Origin: Azolla caroliniana
Lineage: Eukaryota; Plantae; Polypodiophyta
NCBI GenBank assembly: GCA_043228905.1
Contig: JBHGNT010000014.1
Span: 868,001 to 932,000 of the forward strand
Reading direction: 5' to 3'
Length of the DNA: 64,000 bases
Shown here: one piece after another, positions 63,201 through 64,000 of the stretch
Layout: every line of letters begins with the position of its first letter
How positions within the stretch are numbered: position 1 is the first letter of the stretch
The notes under the pieces: model-generated
Seen by the model: the letters and a program-made list of their open reading frames with translations, nothing else
Database searches by the model: none
Told to the model about the DNA's origin: nothing
Made by a program: the position numbers and the translations under genes

Positions 63201-63458
63201 TCTTCCACGAATATGATTTTAAACCAGAAATTTTGACATACCATTCGGAAAGAGAGGAATTGGGTGACCTGATTCATGTTTCAATGTAGGGGTTAAAGGC
63301 AGATTATCCTTCTTGATGTGGGTTTTAGAGGGATTTGCTTGAGCTTTCTCCAGTATGTGAAGGAACAGAGTATTTTGAGACTGCCGCTGAAGAAGAGATG
63401 TATGAGGCTGAAGGTCATCTGGAAGAACACTGCAGAGAGGAGAATGAAGAAAATCCAT
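60245..63458 (-). CDS. EMB1006: P-class pentatricopeptide repeat protein, EMB1006/At5g50280-like; exons 63458-63269 (tentative), 62563-61633, 61556-60245 (810 aa model)
   Basis: Tandem 35-aa PPR motifs and family-like segments FEWM.L..PSL.PR, SGWH.KA, GTRVTFN.L.D.FAKQG.Y.EARDV, RVRDF..AF.YH, Y.KLR.IL. The 76-bp GT-AG intron 61557-61632 restores the frame. Exon 1 and the 62563 acceptor are inferred from phase compatibility only. Confidence 0.85.
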
Positions 63459-63555
63459 AATCCTCATCTTCCTTCTCCTTCTCCTTCTCCTTCTTGCTTT
63501 CTTCCTTATGTGAAGATGTACTCAGAGTAAGAGTCAAATTTCAATACACACAACA

Positions 63556-63908
63556 CACTAAGATAGGAATATGTTATATATGTATATGTATGTGTATGTG
63601 TATGTGTATATGGATATGTGTATGTGTATGTGTATATGTGTATGTGTATGTATGTGTATATGTGTATGTGTATGTGTATGTGTATGTGCATGTGTGTACA
63701 TATATGTATACAGTATGTCTATGTCTATGTCTATGTCTACACTAAGATAGGAATATGTTATATATGTATGTGTATGAGTATGTGTACGTGTATGTGTATG
63801 TGTATGTGTATGTGCATGTGCATGTGCATGTGCATGTGTGTATATGTATACAGTATGTCTATGTCTATGTCTATGTCTACACTAAGATAGGAATATGTTA
63901 TATATGTA

Positions 63909-63939
<31 letters not shown>

Positions 63940-63959
63940 GTGTGTATATGTATACAGTA

Positions 63960-63996
<37 letters not shown>

Positions 63997-64000
63997 GTGT
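63556..64000. repeat. Compound (TGTATG)n microsatellite organised in three higher-order units
   Basis: Spacer CACTAAGATAGGAATATGTTATATATG recurs at ~63556, 63740 and 63880 between hexamer tracts. Confidence 0.9.

Noticed and set aside
63494-63890. Cys/Met/Val/Tyr-rich ORFs
   Set aside because: They are translations of the (TGTATG)n microsatellite.

Overview
Eukaryotic land-plant genomic DNA, probably a fern or other seed-free vascular plant (inferred from the mix of RTE-X LINEs, a chromovirus, Tork-like Copia elements and a COI1 gene). About 1-49.5 kb is a nest of retroelements: a head-to-tail stack of RTE-X-like LINEs (1-8.1 kb), chromovirus and Copia remnants (8.3-12.9 kb), and an L1 split by a 29.2-kb tRNA-Trp-primed Ty3/gypsy-type element (14085-43325). 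That element contains three nested Tnt1/Tork-like Copia elements, two related solo LTRs and a 12-unit 834/870-bp tandem array. The last ~9 kb holds two convergent host genes: a 3-exon COI1-like jasmonate receptor (+) and an EMB1006-like P-type PPR gene (-). Most unusual signals: (i) two Copia insertions each have one precise end, one clipped end and a long (388-bp and ~675-bp) target duplication; (ii) three insertions of one LTR lineage all have 4-bp TSDs centred on CpG; (iii) a young in-frame satellite has arisen inside a gag-only element; (iv) RTE-X families share a covarying 3' hairpin. All alignments were done by eye and family names come from recalled motifs, not database searches.
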